64,000 nt of DNA from Candidatus Cryptobacteroides avicola (GTDB taxonomy: Bacteria > Bacteroidota > Bacteroidia > Bacteroidales > UBA932): positions 4,266 to 68,265 of the forward strand of contig JADILV010000035.1 in NCBI GenBank assembly GCA_017695115.1, given 5' to 3'. Below the pieces are notes generated by a model, which worked only from the letters and a program-made list of their open reading frames with translations, was not told the origin of the DNA and did not search any database. Made by a program: the position numbers and the translations under genes. Below, piece after piece: positions 1-8,570 of the stretch. Each line of letters starts with the position of its first letter. Positions within the stretch are counted from its first letter, which is position 1.

Positions 1-1
1 C

Positions 2-283
2 AGCGTAGGTCAGGTTATCAGCTGGTCTTCAGCAGGAAAGAGCGGCTTCAGAGGTTCCAAGAAGAATACTCCGTATGCTGCCCAGGTGGCAGCAGCCGAT
101 GCAGCGAAGACCGCATACGATCTCGGACTGCGTAAGGTGAAAGCATACGTCAAAGGGCCTGGTGCAGGACGTGAGTCTGCCATCAGAACCATACATGGTG
201 CAGGTATCGAAGTCACTGAAATCATTGATGTAACTCCAATGCCACACAATGGTTGTAGACCAAAAGGCCGTCGTAAAGTCTAA
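2..283 (+). CDS. rpsK: 30S ribosomal protein S11, 5'-truncated by the window start
   Basis: The frame is open from base 2. The translation ...[30 protein letters not shown]...[13 protein letters not shown] is the canonical S11 C-terminal half. It is followed by rpsD-rpoA-rplQ in the conserved alpha-operon order. Confidence 0.9.
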   Translation, partial: SVGQVISWSSAGKSGFRGSKKNTPYAAQVAAADAAKTAYDLGLRKVKAYVKGPGAGRESAIRTIHGAGIEVTEIIDVTPMPHNGCRPKGRRKV

Positions 284-311
284 TTTTTAACTGTATAAAA
301 GGAAAATTACT

Positions 312-914
312 ATGGCAAGATATACTGGACCAAAAACCAAAATCGCACGTAGGTTCGGCGAGCCTATTTTCGGAACGGACAAGGATTTCGAAAAGAGGAA
401 TTACCCTCCGGGACAGCATGGCCTGGCCCGCAAGCGCAAGAAACTGTCTGAGTACGGTGTTCAGCTTAAGGAAAAACAGAAAGTAAAATATACATACGGT
501 CTGCTTGAGAGACAGTTCCGTAATCTTTACGAAAAGGCATCCCGCATGAAGGGACAGAAAGGTGAGAACCTTATCCAGCTTCTTGAGTCACGTCTTGACA
601 ACATCGTCTACCGTCTCGGTATAGCACCTACCCGTGCTGCTGCAAGACAGCTTGTGACACACTGCCACATCACTCTCAACGGAGAGATCTGCAATGTGCC
701 GTCCGCTCTTGTAAAGCCGGGTGATACTGTGGCTGTAAGGGAGAGGTCAAAGAGCCTTGAGGTCATCCAGAACAGTGTAGCTTCAGCTGCCAAGTATTCT
801 TGGCTGGAGTTCGATGCGAAAGGCCTCACCGGAAAATACCTCAACTACCCTGTAAGGGCCGAGATTCCGGAGAACATTACCGAGCAGCTTATCGTCGAGT
901 TGTACTCCAAGTAG
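312..914 (+). CDS. rpsD: 30S ribosomal protein S4
   Basis: 200 aa. [20 protein letters not shown]... is the typical S4 N-terminus, with an S4 RNA-binding domain. Position in the alpha operon agrees. Confidence 0.95.
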   Translation: MARYTGPKTKIARRFGEPIFGTDKDFEKRNYPPGQHGLARKRKKLSEYGVQLKEKQKVKYTYGLLERQFRNLYEKASRMKGQKGENLIQLLESRLDNIVYRLGIAPTRAAARQLVTHCHITLNGEICNVPSALVKPGDTVAVRERSKSLEVIQNSVASAAKYSWLEFDAKGLTGKYLNYPVRAEIPENITEQLIVELYSK

Positions 915-939
915 TAATTAACACCAAAAAAGGAATAAT

Positions 940-1947
940 ATGGCAATCTTAGCATTTCAGAAACCGGACAAGGTGATAATGCTCGAAGGGACTGATACCG
1001 TCGGACGTTTCGAGTTCAGGCCTCTGGAGCCTGGCTACGCCCAGACAATAGGTAACGCCCTCCGCAGGATATTGTTGTCTTCTCTGGAAGGTTTTGCTAT
1101 CAATTCGATCAAGATTACGGGAGTGGACCAGGAGTTCGCTACTATCCCAGGCGTGATCGAGGGTATGCAGGACATCATCCTTAACCTCAAGCAGGTAAGA
1201 TTCAAAAGAATGGTGGAGACTGTGGACTCAGAGGTGGCAAACATCGTTATCAGCGGTCAGCAGGAGTTTACCGCAGAGGATATTTCCAAAGGATTGTCTT
1301 CTTTCACGGTGTTGAATCCGCAGCAGCACATCTGCTCGCTGGAGCCTTCTGTAAAACTTGAAATGACAATCTCTGTCAACAAGGGACGCAGTTTTGTTCC
1401 GGCTGACGAGATGAGGGACGAGAATACACCTATCGGAACTATTCCGGTCGATGCTATCTACACTCCTATCAAGAATGTAAACTGGACTACAGAGGACTGG
1501 CGTGTCGAGCAGAAGACCGACTATGAGAAACTGACTCTTGAAATCGTTACCGACGGGTCCATTTCTCCTAAGCTCGCTCTTCAGGAAGCTGCCAATATCC
1601 TTATCTATCACTTCAGACTGTTTACCGACGAGAAGAAGATATCTCTTGAAAGTGCAGTCGAGTCAGAGTCTAAGGAACTGGATGAAGAGTCACTTCGCAT
1701 GAGGCATCTGCTTCTGACCAAGCTGTCTGACATGGGGCTTTCAGTGAGGGCATACAACTGCCTGAAAGCCGCAGATATCGACACTTTCGCTGATCTGGTT
1801 TCATATTCAAGGGCAGAGCTGATGAAGTTCAGGAACTTCGGCCGCAAATCCCTCAATGAGATCGACCAGCTGGTAGAGAAGATGAAGCTCTCGTTCGGAA
1901 TGGATGTAACCAAGTATAATATTGAACCAAAGAAAAAGACCGTATAA
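940..1947 (+). CDS. rpoA: DNA-directed RNA polymerase subunit alpha
   Basis: 335 aa. The N-terminal dimerisation domain ([11 protein letters not shown]) and the C-terminal domain ([10 protein letters not shown]...) are recognisable. Operon context agrees. Confidence 0.95.
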   Translation: MAILAFQKPDKVIMLEGTDTVGRFEFRPLEPGYAQTIGNALRRILLSSLEGFAINSIKITGVDQEFATIPGVIEGMQDIILNLKQVRFKRMVETVDSEVANIVISGQQEFTAEDISKGLSSFTVLNPQQHICSLEPSVKLEMTISVNKGRSFVPADEMRDENTPIGTIPVDAIYTPIKNVNWTTEDWRVEQKTDYEKLTLEIVTDGSISPKLALQEAANILIYHFRLFTDEKKISLESAVESESKELDEESLRMRHLLLTKLSDMGLSVRAYNCLKAADIDTFADLVSYSRAELMKFRNFGRKSLNEIDQLVEKMKLSFGMDVTKYNIEPKKKTV

Positions 1948-1950
1948 AGT

Positions 1951-2487
1951 ATGAGGCACAATAAAGCAATCAACCACCTTGGCCGCAAGAGTGGTCACCG
2001 CAAAGCCTTGCTTGCAAACATGGCCACTTCTCTTATCATGCACAAGAGGATTGAGACCACAGTAGCAAAGGCAAAGGCTCTCAAGATGTATGTTGAACCT
2101 CTCATCACCAAGTCAAAAGAGGATTCGACACACTCTCGCCGTATGGTATTCAGCTACCTGAAGAACAAATACGCTGTCACAGAGCTTTTCCGCAACGTGG
2201 CTCCTAAGATAGCTGACCGTCCGGGCGGATATACCCGCATCCTCAAGACAGGTTTCCGTCTTGGTGACGGGTCTGACATGGCTCTTATCGAACTTGTTGA
2301 TTTCAACGAGGCAGCTCTTGCTTCTACAGTGAAGAAAGAGACAAAGAAGACAGGTACACGCCGCAGCCGTTCAAAGAAATCAGCAGAGGCAGCTGCTCCG
2401 GCAGCACCTGCAGCAGAGGAAACTGCACCTGCAGCTGAAGTACCTGCAGTAGAAGAGCCCGCAGCAGAAGAGAAAAAAGCAGAATAA
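1951..2487 (+). CDS. rplQ: 50S ribosomal protein L17 with an Ala/Pro/Glu-rich C-terminal tail
   Basis: [25 protein letters not shown]... is the L17 signature. It starts 4 nt after rpoA. The last ~55 aa are low-complexity. Confidence 0.92.
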   Translation: MRHNKAINHLGRKSGHRKALLANMATSLIMHKRIETTVAKAKALKMYVEPLITKSKEDSTHSRRMVFSYLKNKYAVTELFRNVAPKIADRPGGYTRILKTGFRLGDGSDMALIELVDFNEAALASTVKKETKKTGTRRSRSKKSAEAAAPAAPAAEETAPAAEVPAVEEPAAEEKKAE

Positions 2488-2506
2488 TTTCTCTATACAT
2501 TATTTG

Positions 2507-2544
2507 ACAGAGGATGGCACCCAGTGCCATCCTCTGTTATTTTA
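2507..2544 (+). terminator. Intrinsic terminator of the alpha operon
   Basis: A 14-bp GC-containing stem (acagaggatggcac / gtgccatcctctgt) with a 3-nt loop, followed by a T-rich tract, about 20 nt after the rplQ stop. Confidence 0.6.
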
Positions 2545-2555
2545 TAGGAAATCTT

Positions 2556-2563
2556 TATCTTTG
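2556..2563 (+). promoter_or_regulatory. Bacteroidota -7 box (TATCTTTG)
   Basis: Matches TAnnTTTG, ~22 nt upstream of the NSS transporter ATG. Confidence 0.4.
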
Positions 2564-2585
2564 CATATCATAAAACGGACTTGAT

Positions 2586-3935
2586 ATGCAAAGGGAGAAT
2601 TTCGGCAACCGCTTCGGGGTGCTTGTAGCTATGGCCGGGTCGGCCATAGGATTGGGAAACTTATGGCGTTTCCCGTACATGGTAGGGGAATATGGCGGTG
2701 CCGCCTTCATATTCGTCTATATCATCTGTTTCTTCCTGCTGTGTCTTCCGATTCTTATCGCCGAGGTGACTGTAGGGAGAAGAAGCCAGACAAACGCTTT
2801 CCGGGCATTTCACCGGCTGGCGCCGGGCAGCAGGTGGAATCTGGTCGGAATCCTGATGGTCGCCACTCCGATAATAGTGGTTTCTTATTATAGTGTCATA
2901 GGCGGCTGGTCTATCGAGTATTTTATAAAGGCATGTTCATTGGATTTCTCGGCGGGGGCTGATACCGAGACCGGATTCGGCGACATGTTCAACGGCTTTA
3001 TCACTTCAGTGTGGTCTCCGGTCATTTATCATACGGTCTATCTGCTTGTCACGGCGGCTGTAGTGGCAGTCGGAGTAAAGTCCGGTATCGAGCGTTTCGG
3101 AAAGATCATGATGCCGTTGCTGTTTGTCATAATGATAGTCATTGCAGTGCGTTCGGCGACACTGCCAGGCGCAGGCAGCGGGTTGGAATGGCTTTTCAAG
3201 CCGGATTTTTCCAAAATCGACGCATCTGTATGCGCAGCAGCTCTCGGCCAGGGCTTTTTTTCTCTTTCTGTCGGCTTTGGAATCATGCTCACATACGGTT
3301 CCTATATCAGCAAGAAAGAGAATATAGGAATATCTTCTTTCTATACTGCCGTTTCGGATCTCGTGTTCGCCCTTATAGCCAGCTGTGCCATTATGCCGGC
3401 AGTATTTGTCTTCGGACTTGACCCGCGAGAAGGCCCCGGCCTTGTATTTGAAACCCTGCCTTTCATATTTTCCAATATGTCTCTTGGCGGAGTCATTTCC
3501 ATATTGTTTTTTCTCGCCCTCATAGTGGCGGCCCTGACGTCATCCATTTCTCTTTTTGAAGTAGGGGTGGCATATCTGATGGAAGAAAGACGGATGTCCA
3601 GGAAAAAGTCATCTGTCATAATATTTGCTGTAACATGGCTGCTTGGAATATTGTGCTCATTGTCCTTCGGACCGCTGTCTGGCCTTAAACTTTTCGGAAA
3701 CACCCTGTTCAATTTCTTTGACAAGTTTTCTGCCAACTATCTGATGCCGTTCGGAGCCCTGCTGATTGTCCTGTTTGTCGGCTGGCGGATGAAAAAGGAT
3801 GATGTCCGGGACGAGTTTACCAATGGCGGCACCCTGCACGGCAATTCCCGTATATTCGGTTTTGCGTATTTCCTGATACGCTACATCGCCCCACTCGCCA
3901 TTGTCGTTATTTTCCTGTCCAATCTGCTGTGGTAG
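2586..3935 (+). CDS. Sodium-dependent transporter, neurotransmitter:sodium symporter (NSS/SNF) family
   Basis: 449 aa and polytopic. The N-terminal motif GSAIGLGNLWRFPY is typical of NSS transporters. Confidence 0.9.
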   Translation: MQRENFGNRFGVLVAMAGSAIGLGNLWRFPYMVGEYGGAAFIFVYIICFFLLCLPILIAEVTVGRRSQTNAFRAFHRLAPGSRWNLVGILMVATPIIVVSYYSVIGGWSIEYFIKACSLDFSAGADTETGFGDMFNGFITSVWSPVIYHTVYLLVTAAVVAVGVKSGIERFGKIMMPLLFVIMIVIAVRSATLPGAGSGLEWLFKPDFSKIDASVCAAALGQGFFSLSVGFGIMLTYGSYISKKENIGISSFYTAVSDLVFALIASCAIMPAVFVFGLDPREGPGLVFETLPFIFSNMSLGGVISILFFLALIVAALTSSISLFEVGVAYLMEERRMSRKKSSVIIFAVTWLLGILCSLSFGPLSGLKLFGNTLFNFFDKFSANYLMPFGALLIVLFVGWRMKKDDVRDEFTNGGTLHGNSRIFGFAYFLIRYIAPLAIVVIFLSNLLW

Positions 3936-3980
3936 GCCCTTTTACATTATAAAGTCTATTTAGTTGAAAATAGTGTCGTT

Positions 3981-5075
3981 ATGAGAATCTGCAGAAACAT
4001 TCTGACTTCGTTATCCCTTATGCTTGCCGTTTCATGCGCTCATAAGCAGGAGGCTTTCATTGATAAATTGATGGCTGCTCCAAAAGATGCCGGATTCCAG
4101 ATGGACGGCTACTGGATATGGGGTTCAAGTGTGATAAAAGGCAACGACGGGAAATACCATATGTTTGCGGATTTCTGGGAGTCCGATCTCGGTTTTGAGA
4201 CTTGGGTGACCAATACAGAAATCGCCCATGCCGTTTCTGATACTCCTGAGGGCCCGTACATTTTTTCCGATATGGCCCTGACAAGAAGGGAACCGTCATA
4301 TTTTGACGGATGTTCGGTATTCAATCCGCGTGTCATTGAATATGAGGGAATGTATTATCTTTATTATGTCGGGACAACGTATGATTTTCCCGTACCGGAA
4401 CCCGGCGTCGGGAAGGAAGACGGCTGGTTTGAAAAGGCATGGATGAATAAACGTATCGGGGTCGCGAAATCGAAGTCATTATATGGCCCATGGGAAAGGA
4501 TGGACCATCCGGTGATCACTCCCCGTAAGGGAAAATGGGATGCTACCATAACCAGCAATCCATCTCCGGTGGTGAATCCTGAAACCGGGAAGATTCTTCT
4601 GATTTACAAATCGTCACCTAAGGATTCTCGGCCTCCTTTGCTGCTCGGAGCCGCTGAAGCTGATTCTCCCCAGGGGGAATACACGAGAATTTCCGATGAC
4701 CCGATTTTCCGCTTTGACACTGACAGCCTGCTTGCCAATGATGTGGAGGATCCTTTCGTATGGTGGAGTGACGGACATTATGAGCTGATAATGAAAGACA
4801 GGTTCGGGCATATATGCGGTGAGGACGGTGGGGGTATCCATGCGGTTTCTCCGGACGGAGTGCATTGGACCTTGTCTGATCCGGTAAAGGCTTATTCGAG
4901 GACTATCATGTGGGATGACGGTTCGACTACGCTCCAGGCGAATTTCGAGCGGCCTTTTATCCTGTTTGAAGATGGTATGCCGGCATATCTGTTCGCAGCT
5001 ACCGGTACGGGACCTTCGCCATGGAATTTTGAAAGGACCTGGAATATGGTCATCCCATTGAAGCAAGGGAAATAA
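3981..5075 (+). CDS. Lipoprotein, glycoside-hydrolase-like five-bladed beta-propeller (GH43/GH117-like); family assignment tentative
   Basis: 364 aa. Has a lipobox (LMLAVSC). Repeated propeller-like blocks are visible (W.WGSSVIKGNDGKYHMF, NPRVIEYEGMYYLYYVG, RIGVAKSKSLYGPW, SPDGVHW, ERPFILFEDG). No search was run. Confidence 0.5.
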   Translation: MRICRNILTSLSLMLAVSCAHKQEAFIDKLMAAPKDAGFQMDGYWIWGSSVIKGNDGKYHMFADFWESDLGFETWVTNTEIAHAVSDTPEGPYIFSDMALTRREPSYFDGCSVFNPRVIEYEGMYYLYYVGTTYDFPVPEPGVGKEDGWFEKAWMNKRIGVAKSKSLYGPWERMDHPVITPRKGKWDATITSNPSPVVNPETGKILLIYKSSPKDSRPPLLLGAAEADSPQGEYTRISDDPIFRFDTDSLLANDVEDPFVWWSDGHYELIMKDRFGHICGEDGGGIHAVSPDGVHWTLSDPVKAYSRTIMWDDGSTTLQANFERPFILFEDGMPAYLFAATGTGPSPWNFERTWNMVIPLKQGK

Positions 5076-5107
5076 GCCACCACTTTCAGTTCGCCGTAAC
5101 AAAAATC

Positions 5108-5141
5108 AAATCCCTGCTAATCAAGCGATTAACAGGGATTT
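5108..5141. terminator. Bidirectional hairpin terminator between the glycosidase-like gene (+) and tRNA-Leu (-)
   Basis: aaatccctg..(internal taatc/gatta pairing)..cagggattt, flanked by an A-run on one side and a T-run on the other. Confidence 0.6.
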
Positions 5142-5142
5142 T

Positions 5143-5231
5143 TGGTGCTCCGGACGGGGATCGAACCCGTACGGACATTTCTGTCCAAGGGATTTTAAGT
5201 CCCTCTTGTCTACCAATTCCAACACCAGAGC
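5143..5231 (-). tRNA. tRNA-Leu, anticodon UAA
   Basis: The 89-nt reverse complement GCTCTGG...AGGGA-CTTAAAA-TCCCT...GGTTCGATCCCC...CCGGAGCACCA folds as a cloverleaf with a long variable arm. A73 is present and CCA is encoded. Confidence 0.9.
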
Positions 5232-5242
5232 AATCCGGGGGA

Positions 5243-5250
5243 CAAAGATA
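5243..5250 (-). promoter_or_regulatory. Bacteroidota -7 box (TATCTTTG on the minus strand)
   Basis: ~11 nt upstream of the tRNA-Leu(UAA) 5' end. Confidence 0.4.
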
Positions 5251-5316
5251 GGAAATTAATTGTTAAATTGCACAAATTATCATTTATCCGAATTGTCAAC
5301 ACAGAAGGAAGAGCAA

Positions 5317-5742
5317 ATGGAAAACAGTATTGAGAACAATCCTTATTACAGGGCGGCGCGTGAGTATATCGCGGCCAACGATCTGACAATGCTCGCGGCA
5401 GGACGTCATGAAATCGACGGAGACAATCTGTATGTCAATATCATTGACGGGGAGCTCCGTCCGGTGGAGCAGGCCAGGCTGGAAGTGCATGACAGGTATA
5501 TAGACGTCCAGGTGCCTTTGTCCGGAACAGAATCTTTCGGTGTCAGGCCGAGGAACGAGTGCCTGCTTCCAGATGGGGATATGGACCGGGAAAACGACAT
5601 AATGTTCTATAAGGACCCGATAGAGACCATAATCAATGTGAAGGCGGGCGAGGTGATTGTTTTTCCTCCGGATACAGCCCATGCCCCGCTTATCGGCGAA
5701 GGCGGAATCCATAAGGCGGTTTTCAAAGTCAGGGTTTGCTGA
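5317..5742 (+). CDS. YhcH/YjgK/YiaL (DUF386, EbgC-like) family protein
   Basis: Cupin-like pattern: ...GRHEIDGDNLYVNI...LEVHDRYIDVQVPLSG...FPPDTAHAP. The ORF is open from a TTG at 5260. The ATG at 5317 (MENSIENNPYY) is the more plausible start. Confidence 0.7.
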   Translation: MENSIENNPYYRAAREYIAANDLTMLAAGRHEIDGDNLYVNIIDGELRPVEQARLEVHDRYIDVQVPLSGTESFGVRPRNECLLPDGDMDRENDIMFYKDPIETIINVKAGEVIVFPPDTAHAPLIGEGGIHKAVFKVRVC

Positions 5743-5762
5743 AAACCGGCCTGGATTGTCCT

Positions 5763-6863
5763 TTACCAGAAGAATATGGCGGCCAGACCGGTCTGTATAG
5801 TATGTACAAGGGGTCTGCTGTCAGTGAAAGTGAAGGTTTCGTATTCGGCAAAGGCCTTGACCTTGAAATTGTTCCCTGTAATGACGGAAAGTGCGGGCCC
5901 GGCAATCAGGTCTATTCCGTTACCTGCCGGATGCCATGCATAGCCGAGCATAAGGCGTGATTCAAATTCGAGGATGCGGGCAAACGGCCACTGCCAGTAA
6001 CCTCCGGCCGCGATGTTGTACATGTTTGAGGAACTGCCGGACTCCCATGTCATGGAATTTGCTCCGGCCCGGAAGCTGAAGCCGCTGCATGGGTTGAACG
6101 GGATGTGTACCTGTATTCCGACAGAACTGCCGCCATGAGGCAGTGTATCCTTTCTTTTCCTGTACCCGGGAAAGAACCTGTATCCGAAATAAAGCGACGC
6201 TTCATAATGTCTTGTGTATGGGTCGTATGAAAATCCCGGGTCGGTATAATTCTCGGACAGATGCCTGTCTCCGAATATCCTGTCGGTGATGAAATACCCG
6301 AGATGTGTCGCGGCGGTACCGATTATTGCTCCGCATATAATGTCACTTGTCCAGTGCCTGTCGTTGAGGATGCGGCCGATGGCTGTGGCAGTGGCTGCCG
6401 TGTATGCCCCGAAACTGAACCAGGGGCTGCGCCATCCGTATTCCTTGTGCAGCATGGTGGCTGCCATGAAAGCCCTGGCTGTGTGTCCCGACGGGAAAGA
6501 GTCATCGCCGGATCCGTCCGGACGCGGCCGGCAGACGGTGTATTTCAATCCTGCTGTCACGCCGGTCATCAGTACGGCGGAGAAAGCGTCCGATACGATC
6601 ATTCTGCCCCAGTCTGTCCGGCTTTCATATCCGAAAGCCTTCATGCCGAGCATTACTATAGCCGGGGAGTATTGGAGATATTCATCGTAGGGGAAAGAGA
6701 ATCCCGGGAGAGCGTTGTATCTCAATTGCCGCATGCCGCCGTCAAAAGAAAAAGTCCCGGCGGATTTCCCTCCGTATGTCTGGCGGAACTGGGCGGAAGA
6801 CGGAATGCAGAAAATGCAATTCAGGGCAAACGCAGCCAGGATACAGATGATGGTTTTTTGCAT
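5763..6863 (-). CDS. PAP2-family phosphatase with a C-terminal beta-strand-rich extension
   Basis: 366 aa with a signal peptide. PAP2 motifs are present: KYTVCRPRP, PSGHTA and DRHWTSD. The last ~165 aa show an alternating aromatic/hydrophobic strand pattern and end in FFW. Confidence 0.8.
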   Translation of the reverse strand: MQKTIICILAAFALNCIFCIPSSAQFRQTYGGKSAGTFSFDGGMRQLRYNALPGFSFPYDEYLQYSPAIVMLGMKAFGYESRTDWGRMIVSDAFSAVLMTGVTAGLKYTVCRPRPDGSGDDSFPSGHTARAFMAATMLHKEYGWRSPWFSFGAYTAATATAIGRILNDRHWTSDIICGAIIGTAATHLGYFITDRIFGDRHLSENYTDPGFSYDPYTRHYEASLYFGYRFFPGYRKRKDTLPHGGSSVGIQVHIPFNPCSGFSFRAGANSMTWESGSSSNMYNIAAGGYWQWPFARILEFESRLMLGYAWHPAGNGIDLIAGPALSVITGNNFKVKAFAEYETFTFTDSRPLVHTIQTGLAAIFFW

Positions 6864-6907
6864 TGGCTTCAGGATGGTTACTGATTACTGTTTGTTTTCA
6901 TACCGCA

Positions 6908-6915
6908 CAAATATA
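6908..6915 (-). promoter_or_regulatory. Bacteroidota -7 box (TATATTTG on the minus strand)
   Basis: ~44 nt upstream of the PAP2 ATG. Confidence 0.4.
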
Positions 6916-6979
6916 CTGAAATAGTTCCGGTTTTCATTTAAAGAGTGTAAATTCGCCGGGCCGACAGCAATGCATTTAT

Positions 6980-7600
6980 ATGAAAGTGGCTTTCGCAATA
7001 GGAGGATATTGTCCGGTAACCTGGCAGGCACGGCAGTGGAATATCGCTGCGGTGCGTGCTATCGTTTCACGTTTCCCTGAATGCCGGGTTGAAATATATG
7101 TGCAGGACAGGAACCGGTGTGCGGAGCTTCCATTGCCTGCAGTCATGCCAGGTGTGCAAATATATTCGCCGGAGCGGTACGCGGCAAGGAATTGTCCCGT
7201 ATTGTGGAAGCGCTGGCTGGCCGGAATGATTTCCCGCAACCGTCCGGATCTCCTGCACGGTACGTCTGACATCTTTTCGGACAGGCTTCTGAAGGATTTT
7301 CCCGATCTGAAATGCGTAGTGACCGTGCATGATTTCAGTTTCCTGTCTGTCAGGACCGGGTTCTCCTGGATACAGAGACACAGGTACAATATAATGCTGC
7401 GGCGCTCGTGCCGCAGGGCCGCGCTGGTGGTTTCCCTGGATGAGTCTGACGCTGCTGATACGGTCAAATATTATTTTATCCCTATGGACAGGATACTCGT
7501 CGGCGGGGACTGTCCGTCCTCTTCCGGGGGCGGTCCTGCCGCCGGAAAGATCATGGCGGCGTATGAGTCGCTTCTGCAGGATTCCGGTGTCAGTTGCTGA
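6980..7600 (+). CDS. Glycosyltransferase family 4 N-terminal-domain-only protein (half-length; possible gene remnant)
   Basis: 206 aa. The pattern ...PDLLHGTSD...KCVVTVHDFSFL...RRAALVVSLDESDAADTVKYYFIPMDRILV resembles the GT4 N-terminal Rossmann half. The C-terminal catalytic half is absent. The 3' end overlaps comF by 11 nt. Confidence 0.4.
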   Translation: MKVAFAIGGYCPVTWQARQWNIAAVRAIVSRFPECRVEIYVQDRNRCAELPLPAVMPGVQIYSPERYAARNCPVLWKRWLAGMISRNRPDLLHGTSDIFSDRLLKDFPDLKCVVTVHDFSFLSVRTGFSWIQRHRYNIMLRRSCRRAALVVSLDESDAADTVKYYFIPMDRILVGGDCPSSSGGGPAAGKIMAAYESLLQDSGVSC

Positions 7601-8351
7601 CCATGGCGAGGGTGGCGATGCTTATCCGGATGTCTTTTCCTGTTGCCATAAGAGTCCGATAGCAGGCGTGGAGAGTGGCGCCTGTAGTAAACACGTCATC
7701 TACAAGGAGTATATGTCCTGTCTTGGGAGGCAGAGGCTTCCTGAGTCCGAACGCATTGTCTACATTGCGCAGCTTTTCATTTACATCCAGCCGCGTCTGC
7801 GTGGCTGTCCGGTGTTTCCGGTATAGGATATCCGTACATACCGGCCCGTGAACCGCTTCCGCTATTCCGCGGGCTATCACTTCGGCCTGGTTGTAGCCAC
7901 GTTTCCATTTCCTGGACCAGTAAAGCGGCACAGGCATGATAAGGTCAATGTCCTGCAGAGCAGAGGCTTCGGCCATCCTTTTGCCCAGCATAGCTCCGAA
8001 GAACAGCCCTGAAGCAAGGTCTCCGCGATATTTGATACTATAAGGGATTTTCCTGTAGTCTGCTTCCGAGTTGAAGAAGAAAAGCGCGGCCGCATGACTG
8101 TAAGCTACATGGCCGGATGGCGTCACTCCGTCCTGAAGTGTCCGGCACAGGCTTTCCTGAATAAGTTCATTGAACCGGTCCGCCATCGGATTGTGCGGCA
8201 GGATCCAGTTGAATGTCAGTGGAAGGTCGGCCAGGCAGCATGTGCAGATGTGTTTTTCGAATGTAAGGAGCCGCCTTCCGCAGACGATGCACACTCTTGG
8301 CAATACAAGGTCCAGAACCGGGACCAATGTTTTTCTGAAAGGGTTTTTCAT
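7590..8351 (-). CDS. comF: ComF family protein (phosphoribosyltransferase domain)
   Basis: N-terminal Cys pairs (CIVCGRRL...CTCC) and the PRTase motif ILLVDDVFTTGATL. The ORF is open to 8399, but the -7 box at 8376-8383 favours the ATG at 8351 (MKNPF). Confidence 0.8.
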   Translation of the reverse strand: MKNPFRKTLVPVLDLVLPRVCIVCGRRLLTFEKHICTCCLADLPLTFNWILPHNPMADRFNELIQESLCRTLQDGVTPSGHVAYSHAAALFFFNSEADYRKIPYSIKYRGDLASGLFFGAMLGKRMAEASALQDIDLIMPVPLYWSRKWKRGYNQAEVIARGIAEAVHGPVCTDILYRKHRTATQTRLDVNEKLRNVDNAFGLRKPLPPKTGHILLVDDVFTTGATLHACYRTLMATGKDIRISIATLAMVSN

Positions 8352-8375
8352 ATCTTCGCCTGGATTGTTCCCGGA

Positions 8376-8383
8376 CAAAAATA
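8376..8383 (-). promoter_or_regulatory. Bacteroidota -7 box (TATTTTTG on the minus strand)
   Basis: ~24 nt upstream of the comF ATG at 8351. Confidence 0.4.
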
Positions 8384-8401
8384 TGCATGTCCTTTGCATA
8401 A

Positions 8402-8452
8402 AAGCATAAAAAAAGAGAAAAACTGATAAAGTTTTTCTCTTTTTTTATGCTT
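8402..8452 (-). terminator. Perfect 22-bp AT-rich hairpin, probable terminator downstream of fabG
   Basis: aagcataaaaaaagagaaaaac - tgataaa - gtttttctctttttttatgctt. The arms are exact reverse complements, and U-runs lie within and after the 3' arm. Confidence 0.55.
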
Positions 8453-8570
8453 CCCTGGCAGATTTCTCCGCTTCAGGCTTCGCCTTTCGGTCGAAACGAC
8501 ATTTAAGCCGTGGCCGCTTCGGGCTCGCGGCAATAAGGACCTGTAAGGCAATTCCGGTATTCGCTCCGGA

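Noticed and set aside
5100-5260. tRNA-Leu genes as possible integration hot spots for mobile elements. The same applies at 42440-42600.
   Set aside because: There is no integrase, no direct repeat of the tRNA 3' end, and no compositional break nearby. Flanking genes are ordinary housekeeping or glycan-utilisation genes.
8453-8570. Possible SRP (4.5S) RNA downstream of fabG, because of CAGGUCC and CGAAGCGGCCA strings.
   Set aside because: The spacing between the CAGGUC-like element and the candidate tetraloop is wrong. The conserved GGAAGCAGCC strand and symmetric-loop geometry are not reproduced. The region is kept only as an unclassified structured segment.
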